Assembly (NCBI GenBank): GCA_045598585.1
Contig: JAZLMG010000027.1
Coordinates: 4,380 to 68,379 of the forward strand
DNA from: Kiritimatiellia bacterium
Lineage (GTDB): Bacteria; Verrucomicrobiota; Kiritimatiellia; RFP12; UBA1067
Reading direction: 5' to 3'
Length of the DNA: 64,000 bases
Shown: piece by piece, positions 21,162-30,628 of the stretch
Position numbering within the stretch: the first letter of the stretch is position 1
How the letters are laid out: each line of letters opens with the position of its first letter
Notes under the pieces: model-generated
Databases searched by the model: none
Told to the model about the DNA's origin: nothing
The model's input: only the letters and a program-made list of their open reading frames with translations
Made by a program: the position numbers and the translations under genes

Positions 21162-21932
21162 ATGAATATGAAGCTTATCGGTGCGGTGGCGTTAGCCATG
21201 TCCACCATGTCGGTTTTCGCTGCGGCTCAGGGTACTATTATCCGTGAGAATGGCGAACCCGTTGTCGGTACGATTAACTTTAATAAGCGTGCGGGCGTTT
21301 ATGAGGTCCAGAAGGGCAAGGTTTCCCAAGAAGTCAAGCTCGAGGAAGTCGCCAAGCTCGATATTCCGAAGCCTGATGGTCTTGAGAAATTGATTCAGCA
21401 GGTTGAAAAAGGCCAGGGAACTGCCGCAATTGCCGGTTTGCAGAAGATTGTCGCCGATTACAAGATGCTCGTTTGGGATAAGCCCGCGGCGCGTTATCTT
21501 GTCGAAGCGATGCTCGCTTCCGGAAACGCGAAGGGCGCTTACGATGAGGCCCAGAAGGTTATCGCTGACGATAAGACGGCCGCTTATAAGGGTGCGCTCG
21601 CTCCCGCTTATTGGCAGTCCTTGTTGAAGCTCAAGAAGATGACCGATCTCGAAAAGTGCCTTAAGGACGCGGTAGCGAAGGGCGACCGCGCCGCCAGCGC
21701 TGCCGCGCTCGTCGTTCGTGGCGACATTATCGTCGACAAGGGCGCAGGTTCCGCCGATAGCTATAAGCAGGCGTTGACCGACAGCTACCTCCGCGTAGCT
21801 TTGATGTATTCCGACGAAGCGAGCCGCTCCGCTCGTATCGACGCGATGAACCGCGCCGCTACCTGCTTCGAAAAGCTTGGCCAGGCTTCGCGCGCCGAGA
21901 CGATGCGCGAAAAAGCGAAGTCGCTCCAGTAA
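21162..21932 (+). CDS. secreted TPR-like hypothetical protein
   Basis: 256 aa with a signal peptide (MSTMSVFAAAQG). The start abuts the upstream stop. Confidence 0.45.
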   Translation: MNMKLIGAVALAMSTMSVFAAAQGTIIRENGEPVVGTINFNKRAGVYEVQKGKVSQEVKLEEVAKLDIPKPDGLEKLIQQVEKGQGTAAIAGLQKIVADYKMLVWDKPAARYLVEAMLASGNAKGAYDEAQKVIADDKTAAYKGALAPAYWQSLLKLKKMTDLEKCLKDAVAKGDRAASAAALVVRGDIIVDKGAGSADSYKQALTDSYLRVALMYSDEASRSARIDAMNRAATCFEKLGQASRAETMREKAKSLQ

Positions 21933-21984
21933 CCGATAACCCTTTTACTTAAAACTCTCAAAACATACTCAAGGAAAACTAAAA

Positions 21985-22878
21985 ATGAACAAGATCAAGA
22001 AATCGTTGATGGCTATGATGATCCTCATCGGTACCTGCGTCGCCCCGGTTGCCGCGCTTCAGTCGATGGGTCAGGAACTTACCGATGCTAATGGCAATGC
22101 CATCTCGCAGGATGCCGCGGGTGGTTCGAAGCCGTCGGGTGGCTTCGCCGAAATCGTTTTCGGTACACCCGGTAACCGCAACTATGTCGGTACGCTCCTT
22201 TGGTTCACGCTTTTCGGTGACTTCGCGGCCTTCATCTACTTCGCGCTTGACTCTTCCGTCCTCATCAAGCCCGATAAGCTCATGCCCAAGAAGCTCATCG
22301 ATCAGGTTCAGCGTGCGATGGCCGAAGGCGATATCGGCGCGGCGATCACTTCCTGCGAAAATACGCCCTCTTGTATGTCGAATATTCTCGTCTCCGCGTT
22401 CCAGCACGTCGAGGAAGGTTTCGATGTGATTCAGGAAGCCGTCAATGGCGCGTCGGATCTCGAGCAAGAAAAGCTCCAGCAGCGCATCAACTGGGTGTCG
22501 GTCTGCGGTAACCTCGGCCCGTCGCTCGGCCTTCTCGGTACGGTTCAGGGTATGATCTTGACGTTCGAAGCGCTCTCTTCGGGTGGTGCCGGTGACGCTT
22601 CCGCGCTCGCTAACTCGATCGGTCAGGCGCTTTGGACGACTGCGGGCGGCCTTATCGTTTCGATTCCCGCCATCACGACGTTCTATGTGCTCCGTAACAA
22701 GGCCAACCGTATGATTCTCCAAATGACGGCGATGACGATGGAGCTCCTCAACGGTCTTCGTAATGTCCAGGTCGCGGGCGGTGAAGAAGCTCCAGCGGAA
22801 GAAGTCGCGGCCGAAGAGTACGCTGAAGAAGGCGTAGAAGAAGTCGCCGAAATGGAAGAAGTCCCTGAAATGGCCTAA
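21985..22878 (+). CDS. exbB: MotA/TolQ/ExbB proton-channel family protein
   Basis: 297 aa with the conserved GLLGTVQGMI segment. An acidic tail and two exbD genes follow. Confidence 0.85.
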   Translation: MNKIKKSLMAMMILIGTCVAPVAALQSMGQELTDANGNAISQDAAGGSKPSGGFAEIVFGTPGNRNYVGTLLWFTLFGDFAAFIYFALDSSVLIKPDKLMPKKLIDQVQRAMAEGDIGAAITSCENTPSCMSNILVSAFQHVEEGFDVIQEAVNGASDLEQEKLQQRINWVSVCGNLGPSLGLLGTVQGMILTFEALSSGGAGDASALANSIGQALWTTAGGLIVSIPAITTFYVLRNKANRMILQMTAMTMELLNGLRNVQVAGGEEAPAEEVAAEEYAEEGVEEVAEMEEVPEMA

Positions 22879-22897
22879 GGAGAAGGGGCCGAAATAA

Positions 22898-23395
22898 ATG
22901 GCTCGTAAGTCTCAAGAGAATCCGCAGCTCGATATGACGCCGATGATCGACGTCGTATTCGAGCTCATCATCTTCTTCGTCGTTACCTTAACGGAAGCGC
23001 AGAAGAAAGATGAGACGATTGAGCTCGAGGATGGTCAGCATGGTATCATTTTGACCCCCGAAGAGTTACCTCCCTCGCACATGCAGATCGATATCGGTAT
23101 CGATCCTAAGACGAAACGCGCCCGCGTTTCGATGGGCGACAGGGATATCACGATGGACGAGATCACTCGCCGCGTGAAAGAACGCAAGGCCAGATATGGT
23201 GAATTTCCGATCATGATTCGCGCCGACTGGGCGGTACAGCATGGTGCCGTCGCTCGAGTGATGAATGCTTGCACTTCGGCCGGCGTTTGGAAGATTTCCT
23301 TCATGGCTATCGGAGAGGACAAGACGTCGAAGCCCGGTCAGCCAGGACGTGAGCGTCTATTCGGTGCGACCGGCGGTCGACAAGGAGGTAAGTGA
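22898..23395 (+). CDS. exbD: ExbD/TolR biopolymer transport protein (paralog 1)
   Basis: 165 aa with the N-terminal LDMTPMIDVVFELIIFFVV motif. Confidence 0.85.
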   Translation: MARKSQENPQLDMTPMIDVVFELIIFFVVTLTEAQKKDETIELEDGQHGIILTPEELPPSHMQIDIGIDPKTKRARVSMGDRDITMDEITRRVKERKARYGEFPIMIRADWAVQHGAVARVMNACTSAGVWKISFMAIGEDKTSKPGQPGRERLFGATGGRQGGK

Positions 23396-23396
23396 G

Positions 23397-23810
23397 ATGG
23401 CTCGTAAATCTCAAGAGAATCCACAGCTTGATATGACGCCGATGATTGACGTTGTCTTCGAACTCATCATCTTCTTCGTCGTCACGATCAAGCAGGAAGA
23501 TATGTTCTCGAAGATGAACGTGAACCGTCCGTCTCCTGCTCCTTCGAGTGCATCCTCCGATTCTTCCGATGACATCACGGTCACAATTGAGATTCTCAAT
23601 GGTGGTGGAATCGGCGGCAGGATTTTCTACAACAAGACCCCGGTAGACGTGAAACAGCTCGATGTGAACCTTCGTGAAATCGCGCGCACTTCGAAAAAGA
23701 CGCCGATTATCGTGAAAGCGCATGAGCTCTCGCCTCACAAGGGTCTCGTAGATGTCCTCGATGCTTGTTATAAGAACGAGCTTTTCAGCGTCAGTGTCTT
23801 CACGATGTAA
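23397..23810 (+). CDS. exbD: ExbD/TolR biopolymer transport protein (paralog 2)
   Basis: ATG 23397 follows AAGGAGG. The first 30 aa are identical to paralog 1. The track start at 23265 overlaps paralog 1. Confidence 0.85.
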   Translation: MARKSQENPQLDMTPMIDVVFELIIFFVVTIKQEDMFSKMNVNRPSPAPSSASSDSSDDITVTIEILNGGGIGGRIFYNKTPVDVKQLDVNLREIARTSKKTPIIVKAHELSPHKGLVDVLDACYKNELFSVSVFTM

Positions 23811-23822
23811 GGAGGTAAAGTA

Positions 23823-25169
23823 ATGAGCGAAGAACTTACAGACCTCGACGAACTTGCGAAGAACTACGAAGAAAAGGGCTTCTTTACCCGCGTGGTCGAA
23901 ATGATCAAGGGCTTCAGCGCGCCGAAGAACTCGCGCGAGTACAAGCTCGCACTTGTTGAACTTCAGCGCCTACAGGCGCCCTTGGTCGCAATCGTGGCTC
24001 CCGTTTTGGGCATCATTATCCTGATTGTCGTCACGGCCGTTTCCGGCAGTTCAAAGGAAGTCATCAAAGTTGAAATCGCTCGTGCTCAGGAAGATCTTGA
24101 AGATCTCCAGCAGGACGAGCCCGAGCCCGAGGATATCGATCAGACTCAAGATGTCGATGTTCAGGTCGATATCGACGTCCCGTCGCCTCAGATGGATACG
24201 CCCGCTCCGCCGAGCCCCGATCCGGGTGGTGCGCCCGACACGGTCGCTACCGCTCCGAGCCCCGTCTCGATGGCCGTTCCGGGAGTGTCGAAGATGCGCG
24301 GTCTCGAAGGCGAAGGTAACTTCGGCGCGGCCGTTACCGGTAAGAAGCAGGATATCGAAGGCTGTCTCGTCGGCTACCTTATCGATACGAAGCGTGATGC
24401 TTCCGGTAAAGAAAAGACCCAGAACATGAAGGGCCAGGACGCGAAGCTCTACTTCGATGCCTTGCGCGAAGTCGTTAAGAGCGGTTTTGCCAAGACCGAA
24501 CTTAATAAGCACTTCCAGGTTCCGAAGCGCCTCGCGGTGACGAAGATGTTCATCCCCGAACAGCCGGCCAAGAACGGTCCCGCAGCGTTCGGCGCCGACA
24601 AGGACTTCAAGGAAGGCGCTTGGTTCGCGTACTATACGGGTACACTTAAGCCGAAAAAATCCGGTAAATATCGCTTTATCGGTTACTTCGACGAAGTGAT
24701 GGTCGTTCGAATCAACAAGAAGATTGTTCTTGAGTGTTCGTATGGTTTTGGTCCTCAGCAGAAAGCCAACGCTTGCCCCAATCATGCGATGACTGGGTGG
24801 AAGGCGAAGGATTCGTCGATGGATAAGAAGATCGTTTCTCCCCAGAACAACTCGTATATGGTTTTCGGCGACTGGGTCGATATGAAGTCCGGTCAGGAAT
24901 ACACGATGGATCTCGTCGTCGGCGAAGGTCCGGGTGGCGCTTGCGGTGGACTTCTCCTTATCGAAGAAGAGGGCGCGAAGTACGAGATGGTAAATGGTCG
25001 TAAGAAATATCCGATCTTCGCTTCTCGTCCCTTGGCGACCAAGGATAAGGACAACATGAAGACCTACAAGTGGCCGTTCAGCGTCGATTCGCCGGTTATG
25101 AACGGGCGCGGCACTTCGGCTTTCGCGGCGATGTTCAAGGAAGACATCACCGTCGATGTCGATATCTAA
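23823..25169 (+). CDS. membrane-anchored protein in the TonB position: TM anchor, acidic/Pro-rich linker, PA14-like C-terminal domain
   Basis: 448 aa. One TM segment (PLVAIVAPVLGIIILIVVTAV) is followed by a D/E/P-rich linker (PSPQMDTPAPPSPDPGGAP). The C-terminus carries a PA14-like motif (WFAYYTGTLKPKKSGKYRFIGYFDEVMVVRINKKIV). I see no TonB C-terminal domain motif. Confidence 0.5.
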   Translation: MSEELTDLDELAKNYEEKGFFTRVVEMIKGFSAPKNSREYKLALVELQRLQAPLVAIVAPVLGIIILIVVTAVSGSSKEVIKVEIARAQEDLEDLQQDEPEPEDIDQTQDVDVQVDIDVPSPQMDTPAPPSPDPGGAPDTVATAPSPVSMAVPGVSKMRGLEGEGNFGAAVTGKKQDIEGCLVGYLIDTKRDASGKEKTQNMKGQDAKLYFDALREVVKSGFAKTELNKHFQVPKRLAVTKMFIPEQPAKNGPAAFGADKDFKEGAWFAYYTGTLKPKKSGKYRFIGYFDEVMVVRINKKIVLECSYGFGPQQKANACPNHAMTGWKAKDSSMDKKIVSPQNNSYMVFGDWVDMKSGQEYTMDLVVGEGPGGACGGLLLIEEEGAKYEMVNGRKKYPIFASRPLATKDKDNMKTYKWPFSVDSPVMNGRGTSAFAAMFKEDITVDVDI

Positions 25170-25176
25170 GGTAAAT

Positions 25177-25848
25177 ATGTTATTAGGTACATTGTTTGCC
25201 CTCATATTGGCGGCTTCCCCTGTGGAGGCCGCCGATATTGATATGGCTCGCAAAGAGGGTCTCCTCATGACCGGGGGCGCGGCGATTTCGGAACTCGCCA
25301 AGCGTTGTGACTTGATTGATGACGAATATATCGGCTCCTCGACCGGCAAAGAAGCGCGCCTCAAAATTATGCAGTGCCTTAGAGGCCGAATCGCCGGAAT
25401 TACTTATTATCATGTCGCTAGCGAGAACATGAAATCGGTCGGGTCTAGCGCTTTCGGGTCCGAATATACCGGCTCGATGACGGGCCCGAAACTCTTCCCT
25501 CCGGGCGGGGAGTACAAGGCGAAAGTGCCGCGGAACTTCGACGCGGGGGTTAAAAAGCTCGCTTTGGCGATGAAGGCGAAAGATACCGAGGCCGGACTTC
25601 AGGTCGCGTCTTTATATTTTATGGACGCGCTCCACTCGAAGGGGCTTAGTGACGCTAAGATGTTCCAGCTTTTCAAAACTGCCGCGAAAGACGATAATCA
25701 CGAAGATGCGAAGCTGATGTGCGCCGTGTGCTATTATTACGGTATCGGGGTAAGTCCTAATCGCGCAGCCGCCAAAAAGCTTATCCGTGATTGGCGCACT
25801 GTCAACCCGAAAGTCGGCGCTCTCGACGGCTGGTTCAAGACCCGCTAA
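25177..25848 (+). CDS. Sel1-like repeat protein (secreted)
   Basis: Signal peptide MLLGTLFALILAASPVEA and a Sel1-type motif (CYYYGIGVSPNRAAAKKLI). Confidence 0.6.
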   Translation: MLLGTLFALILAASPVEAADIDMARKEGLLMTGGAAISELAKRCDLIDDEYIGSSTGKEARLKIMQCLRGRIAGITYYHVASENMKSVGSSAFGSEYTGSMTGPKLFPPGGEYKAKVPRNFDAGVKKLALAMKAKDTEAGLQVASLYFMDALHSKGLSDAKMFQLFKTAAKDDNHEDAKLMCAVCYYYGIGVSPNRAAAKKLIRDWRTVNPKVGALDGWFKTR

Positions 25849-25866
25849 CCCACCTCAATAAGAAAA

Positions 25867-25937
25867 ATCTACTTTAGGGGTAGATATTAAGCGGAGAATA
25901 TGGTATACTATCCATCGTTATCTACTAAATCGGTAGA
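25867..25937 (+). promoter_or_regulatory. two ATCTAC-N7-GTAGA inverted repeats bracketing the metY -10 (TGGTATACT, 25901-25909)
   Basis: ATCTACtttagggGTAGAT at 25867-25885 and ATCTACtaaatcgGTAGA at 25920-25937. Confidence 0.55.
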
Positions 25938-25960
25938 GATTAACGAGAGGAAGAAAGACG

Positions 25961-27229
25961 ATGGGTAAGTTACATGCTGAAACGCTCGCTCTTCACGCGG
26001 GCTGGAACGGGGATCCTGCGACGCAGGCTTGTGCGGTTCCCGTTTATCGTACGACGGCGTTCAACTTTAAGAACGCTCAACATGGCGCGGATCTTTTCGC
26101 TTTGAAAAGAGCGGGCAATATCTATGCTCGCTTGATGAACCCGACTGAGGATGTCCTCGAGAAGCGTCTTGCCGCGCTCGAAGGGGGTATCGGCGCGTTG
26201 ACGCTCGCTTCCGGAACCGCGGCGATTTACTTTACGGTTACGAATATCGCGGAAACGGGCTCGGAGTTCATCTCGGCTGACAATGTCTACGGCGGCACTT
26301 TCGTTCAATTCAACACTATACTCCCCCAATCGAACAACATCCATGTTCGTTGGACGCATCTCAATGATTTTGCCGCGGTAGAAGCGGCGATCAACGAGAA
26401 GACTCGCTTCATTTACGTCGAGACTATCGGTAACCCCGGCCTCGGAGTCGCCGATCTCGAGAAGTATGCTGAAATCGCCCATAAACACGGCCTTCCGCTC
26501 GTAGTCGACGCGACTTTCTCGACTCCGATCTTGGAGCATCCGATCGAGTGGGGTGCCGATGTCGTCATTCACTCGCTTTCGAAGTGGATCGGTGGACATG
26601 GCGCGGGTATCGGCGGCGTCGTAATTGACGCGGGTAAGTTCAACTGGGATAATCCTCGCTTACCGCTTTTCACGGAGCCCGACACCGGCTATCATGGAAT
26701 CAAGTGGGGCTCGGCCATCGGCGCGGCCTCCTTCATCACGCGACTTCGCACGGTCGGTCTTCGTAATCAGGGCCCGACCTTGTCCCCTGACGCGAACTGG
26801 ATCTTTCTCCAGGGCGTCGAGTCGCTTCCCTTGCGTATCGCGCGTCATAGCGAGAATGCGCTTAAGGTCGCCGAGTTCTTGAAGAATCACCCGAAAGTCG
26901 CTTGGGTCAACTACCCGACTTTGACCGATCCGGAACTTACGAAAAAGTATCTCCCGAACGGCGCGGGCGGCATGGTCGTCTTCGGCGTTAAGGGTGGCGT
27001 CAAGGAAGGCATCAAGTTCGCCGATGGACTTAAGCTCTTCACTCAGCTTGCGAATGTCGGTGACGCGAGAAGTCTCGTCATCCATCCCGCCTCGGCGACG
27101 CACTCTCAGCTTACCGAGGAAGAGATGAAGTCGACGGGACTTAAGCCTGAGCTTATCCGCCTTTCGATCGGCATTGAACATATTGACGACATCCTCGCCG
27201 ATCTCGCTCAATCGCTTGAGGCGATTTGA
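25961..27229 (+). CDS. metY: O-acetylhomoserine sulfhydrylase (PLP-dependent)
   Basis: 422 aa in the Cys/Met-metabolism PLP family (HSLSKWIGGHG lysine motif). Confidence 0.9.
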   Translation: MGKLHAETLALHAGWNGDPATQACAVPVYRTTAFNFKNAQHGADLFALKRAGNIYARLMNPTEDVLEKRLAALEGGIGALTLASGTAAIYFTVTNIAETGSEFISADNVYGGTFVQFNTILPQSNNIHVRWTHLNDFAAVEAAINEKTRFIYVETIGNPGLGVADLEKYAEIAHKHGLPLVVDATFSTPILEHPIEWGADVVIHSLSKWIGGHGAGIGGVVIDAGKFNWDNPRLPLFTEPDTGYHGIKWGSAIGAASFITRLRTVGLRNQGPTLSPDANWIFLQGVESLPLRIARHSENALKVAEFLKNHPKVAWVNYPTLTDPELTKKYLPNGAGGMVVFGVKGGVKEGIKFADGLKLFTQLANVGDARSLVIHPASATHSQLTEEEMKSTGLKPELIRLSIGIEHIDDILADLAQSLEAI

Positions 27230-27244
27230 GGTATATGATATAAT
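27216..27244 (+). promoter_or_regulatory. extended -10 promoter of the Rrf2-cysK unit
   Basis: TTGAGG, 17-nt spacer, TGATATAAT. ATG 27252 is 7 nt after the -10, so the transcript is probably leaderless. Confidence 0.6.
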
Positions 27245-27251
27245 ATAAGGT

Positions 27252-27653
27252 ATGAAGCTGACGGCAAAAGCTAGATATGCGCTAAGGATTCTCCTCGATA
27301 TCGCCCAAAACGCGACCGAGGAGAAACCTCGCACCCTAAAGGAAATCTCCGAAGAGCAAGGCATCGGCGAAAAGTTCGTTTCGCGCCTCGTCCTTAATTT
27401 GCGTGATGCGGGGATGATAACTGCCGCGCGCGGACGAGTCGGCGGATATCGTCTCGCAAAGGATCCGAAGGATATTACGCTTCTTGAAATCATCGAAGTC
27501 GCTCAAGGGCCGATTTGCGTCGTCGAGTGTCTCGGCGAGAAAGCTTGCGAAAGAGCGCTTACGTGCGCGCCGAAAATCGTTTGGTCCGAGGTGAATGAGG
27601 CAATTCGATCTTCGCTTAAGACCGTCACTTTAAAGAAAGTACTCTCGAAATGA
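27252..27653 (+). CDS. Rrf2-family transcriptional regulator (CymR/IscR-like, Cys-containing)
   Basis: 133 aa with an N-terminal Rrf2 wHTH (MKLTAKARYALRILLDIA) and a C-x-x-C…C cluster (CVVECLGEKACERALTC). Confidence 0.85.
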   Translation: MKLTAKARYALRILLDIAQNATEEKPRTLKEISEEQGIGEKFVSRLVLNLRDAGMITAARGRVGGYRLAKDPKDITLLEIIEVAQGPICVVECLGEKACERALTCAPKIVWSEVNEAIRSSLKTVTLKKVLSK

Positions 27654-28567
27654 AACTTACGAATATTTTGGAATCGATCGGTAAGACACCCCTGGTCGAA
27701 CTCTCGAAGAAGACGAATGAGGGCGAGGGCAAGGTGCTCGTCAAAGTCGAGTTCTTCAATCCCGGTGGCAGCGTTAAGGATCGCGCGGCGCTTTCGATGG
27801 TCGAGGCCGCTGAAAAGGACGGAACCTTGAAGCCCGGCGCGACGATTATCGAGCCCTCGAGCGGCAATACGGGAGTCGGTCTCGCGCTCGTTTCGGCGGT
27901 GCGCGGCTATAAGATGATTCTCGTTATGCCCGAAACGATGTCGATCGAGCGCAGGAAACTTGCTGCGGCTTATGGCGCGGAAATCGTCCTTACGCCCGGC
28001 CCCTTGGGGATGAAGGGCTCGGTCGATAAGGCCATTGAGCTTCGTGATTCGATCCCCGGTGCCGTCATCCTCCAGCAGTTCGAAAATCCCGCGAATCCTG
28101 CGGCGCACATTGCTTCGACCGGGCCGGAGATTTGGGAAGATACTTGCGGGAAGGTTGATGCGTTTGTAGCGGGCGTCGGTACGGGAGGTACGGTTACGGG
28201 TGTCGGCAAGTTCCTTAAGTCGAAGAATCCCGAAGTAAAGGTCTTTGCGGTCGAGCCCGATACGAGTCCTTTGCTCTCGAAGGGTGTTGCGGGTCCTCAC
28301 AAGCTCCAAGGTATTGGCGCGAACTTCGTTCCGGGCGCTCTCGATACGAGCGTCTACGACGAGGTGATTACGGTTGATGCCGAGAATGCCGGGAAGACCG
28401 CTCGCTCCCTCGCCTCTCAAGAAGGTATGTTAGTTGGCATTTCTTCGGGCGCGGCAGTTTACGCGGCACTTGAGCTCGCGAAGCGTCCCGAATGGGCCGG
28501 AAAGACCATCGTCGCTCTTATGCCCGATACGGGAGAGCGCTATCTTTCGACTTGGCTCTTCGACTAA
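27650..28567 (+). CDS. cysK: cysteine synthase A (O-acetylserine sulfhydrylase)
   Basis: 305 aa with NPGGSVKDR and SSGNTG motifs. ATGA overlap with the Rrf2 gene. Confidence 0.92.
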   Translation: MKLTNILESIGKTPLVELSKKTNEGEGKVLVKVEFFNPGGSVKDRAALSMVEAAEKDGTLKPGATIIEPSSGNTGVGLALVSAVRGYKMILVMPETMSIERRKLAAAYGAEIVLTPGPLGMKGSVDKAIELRDSIPGAVILQQFENPANPAAHIASTGPEIWEDTCGKVDAFVAGVGTGGTVTGVGKFLKSKNPEVKVFAVEPDTSPLLSKGVAGPHKLQGIGANFVPGALDTSVYDEVITVDAENAGKTARSLASQEGMLVGISSGAAVYAALELAKRPEWAGKTIVALMPDTGERYLSTWLFD

Positions 28568-28588
28568 TCGCGGCAAATATGGTATAAT
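28560..28588 (+). promoter_or_regulatory. extended -10 promoter of bioB-mnmA-thi4
   Basis: TCGACT, 17-nt spacer, TGGTATAAT. ATG 28597 is 8 nt after the -10. Confidence 0.55.
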
Positions 28589-28596
28589 ATACGCTA

Positions 28597-29553
28597 ATGC
28601 TCAAGGCCATAGTCGAAAGAATCAAGGCGGGAGGCGAAATCTCCAAAGCCGAAGCCGTGGAGCTCCTCAAAAACGGGAGCTCTTCGGCGCTCTATGATGC
28701 CGCGCATGAAATCACCGAGTTTTTCAAAGCCGATCATTTCGACTTCTGTGCAATCATCAATGCGAGAAGCGGGAAGTGCTCGGAGAATTGCAAGTGGTGC
28801 GCTCAGTCGGCCCACTACTCGACGGGCTGCGAAGTCTATCCGTTCGTAGGAGCGGAAAAGTGCGTCGAAGAAGCGAAGAAGGCCGAAGCGAATAAGGTAG
28901 GACGTATCGCCATTGTGACCTCGGGGAGGGGACAGACCGAAGGCCAAATCGACGAGATTTGTGAAGCGCTTAAGGCGATGAAGAAGGAGACGAAGATGTC
29001 GCTTTGCGCGAGCTTGGGACTCGTTACCAAGGCGCAACTCGAAAAACTTAAAGCGGCGGGGCTTACGCGTATTCACTGCAATATGGAGTCTTCGCCGAAT
29101 CACTTCAAGACGCTTTGCACGACTCACACGACCGAGGAAAAGCTCGCGACGATTAAAGCCGCGCGAGAAGTCGGTCTCGAGGTTTGTTCGGGCGGCATTA
29201 TCGGAATGGGCGAGAGCGATGAAGAGCTTGTCGAGTTCGGCTTCCTTCTAAAAGAAATCGGTCCCGATTCGATTCCCGTCAATATTCTTCATCCGATTAA
29301 AGGGACTCCGCTTGGGGACTGTCCCCGCTTGAGCTTAAAGCGCATTCTCGACTCGATTGCGATTCTTCGCCTAATCAATCCGAAGACGTATTTACGTTTC
29401 GCGGGCGGAAGACGCGACCTTACCGATGAAGAAGCGGCGAAGTGCGTTTATGTCGGGATCAATTCGGGTATTCAAGGTCCGCTACTTACGACGCCCGGCT
29501 CCGACTATGCCGATGATCGTCAGCTTGCGAAGAATGCGGGGTACGAGGTATGA
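28597..29553 (+). CDS. bioB: biotin synthase (radical SAM)
   Basis: 318 aa with CSENCKWCAQS (CxxxCxxC). HCNMESS and CSGGIIGMGE match BioB of anaerobes. Confidence 0.85.
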   Translation: MLKAIVERIKAGGEISKAEAVELLKNGSSSALYDAAHEITEFFKADHFDFCAIINARSGKCSENCKWCAQSAHYSTGCEVYPFVGAEKCVEEAKKAEANKVGRIAIVTSGRGQTEGQIDEICEALKAMKKETKMSLCASLGLVTKAQLEKLKAAGLTRIHCNMESSPNHFKTLCTTHTTEEKLATIKAAREVGLEVCSGGIIGMGESDEELVEFGFLLKEIGPDSIPVNILHPIKGTPLGDCPRLSLKRILDSIAILRLINPKTYLRFAGGRRDLTDEEAAKCVYVGINSGIQGPLLTTPGSDYADDRQLAKNAGYEV

Positions 29554-30608
29554 GAGTTGCGATAGGACTTTCGGGCGGAGTCGACTCCTCGGTTGCCGCG
29601 CTCCTTTTAAAGGAAGCGGGTCATGAGGTCGTCGGCATCACGATGAAGCTTTGGCGCGAGGGCTATTACAAGGGAGGAGAGCGCGAATCTTGCTTCAGCG
29701 CGAAAGAGCCCGAAAATATTGCCCGCATTGAAGAACTCGCGAAGACTTTGGGAATCGAATATCAAGCTTTCGACTGCTTCGAAGCGTACAACAAGGAAGT
29801 CATCGGCTACTTCCGCGACACTTATCTCGAAGGGCGAACTCCGAACCCTTGCGTTCGTTGCAACGAACTCGTCAAGTTCGGACTTTTGCTGCGCCTCGCT
29901 ACGGATGCGGGCCTTAAGTTCGACAAATTCGCGACGGGGCATTACGCGCGAATCGAGGAAGTGGGCGGGAGATATTGCGTCGCGAGGGGAGCTGACGAAT
30001 CGAAAGATCAGAGCTATTTCCTTTGTCGTTTATCGCAGGAGCAGCTTTCGAAGACGCTCTTCCCGCTCGGGGGTTTAACCAAGAAGGAAATCCGCCGAAT
30101 TGCCGCGGAAAAGGGACTTATTACCGCAGAGCGACCCGACTCGCAGGATTTCTATTCGGGCGACAAGGCGGAGCTGATTGGAGAACCCGATAGACCCGGC
30201 AATATCGTCGATGTGCGCGGCAAAGTCCTCGGCAAGCACAATGGTTTTTGGCACTACACGGTCGGACAACGCAAGGGCCTCGGCATCGGAGGCGGAACGC
30301 CTTACTATGTCGTCGACCTTAACGCTTGCAAGAACGAGGTCATCATCGGCTTCGAAGAAGAGGCGGTCAAGACCTCGCTTGAAATGACGGATGTCGTCTA
30401 CGGCGCGTTGGATCCCACGATGAACGATGGCGAGAAGGAAATCGAGTGCTTCGTCAAGGTTCGCTCCGCAGGAGTGCCGCGTGGCCCCGCCTATCTTAAA
30501 GGAACTGCCGCGACTTTCCCGAACGGAATTCGTGGCGTCGCGCCCGGTCAATCGGCGGTCTTCTACGATAAGGAAGGGCGAATCCTCGTCTCGGGCATCA
30601 TCAAATGA
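29550..30608 (+). CDS. mnmA: tRNA 2-thiouridine(34) synthase
   Basis: 352 aa with the PP-loop [14 protein letters not shown] overlap with bioB. Confidence 0.9.
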   Translation: MRVAIGLSGGVDSSVAALLLKEAGHEVVGITMKLWREGYYKGGERESCFSAKEPENIARIEELAKTLGIEYQAFDCFEAYNKEVIGYFRDTYLEGRTPNPCVRCNELVKFGLLLRLATDAGLKFDKFATGHYARIEEVGGRYCVARGADESKDQSYFLCRLSQEQLSKTLFPLGGLTKKEIRRIAAEKGLITAERPDSQDFYSGDKAELIGEPDRPGNIVDVRGKVLGKHNGFWHYTVGQRKGLGIGGGTPYYVVDLNACKNEVIIGFEEEAVKTSLEMTDVVYGALDPTMNDGEKEIECFVKVRSAGVPRGPAYLKGTAATFPNGIRGVAPGQSAVFYDKEGRILVSGIIK

Positions 30609-30628
30609 CTTTAAAGGAGAATACTAAA

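Noticed and set aside
28568-30628. A TPP riboswitch expected near thi4 or thiE, a SAM riboswitch near metY, and a ribosomal L10 leader.
   Set aside because: - thi4 and thiE start within a few nt of upstream genes, leaving no leader.
- The metY leader is about 45 nt and shows only a simple dyad.
- The rplA-rplJ spacer is 14 nt.
- None of these has room or the conserved cores that I can recognise.
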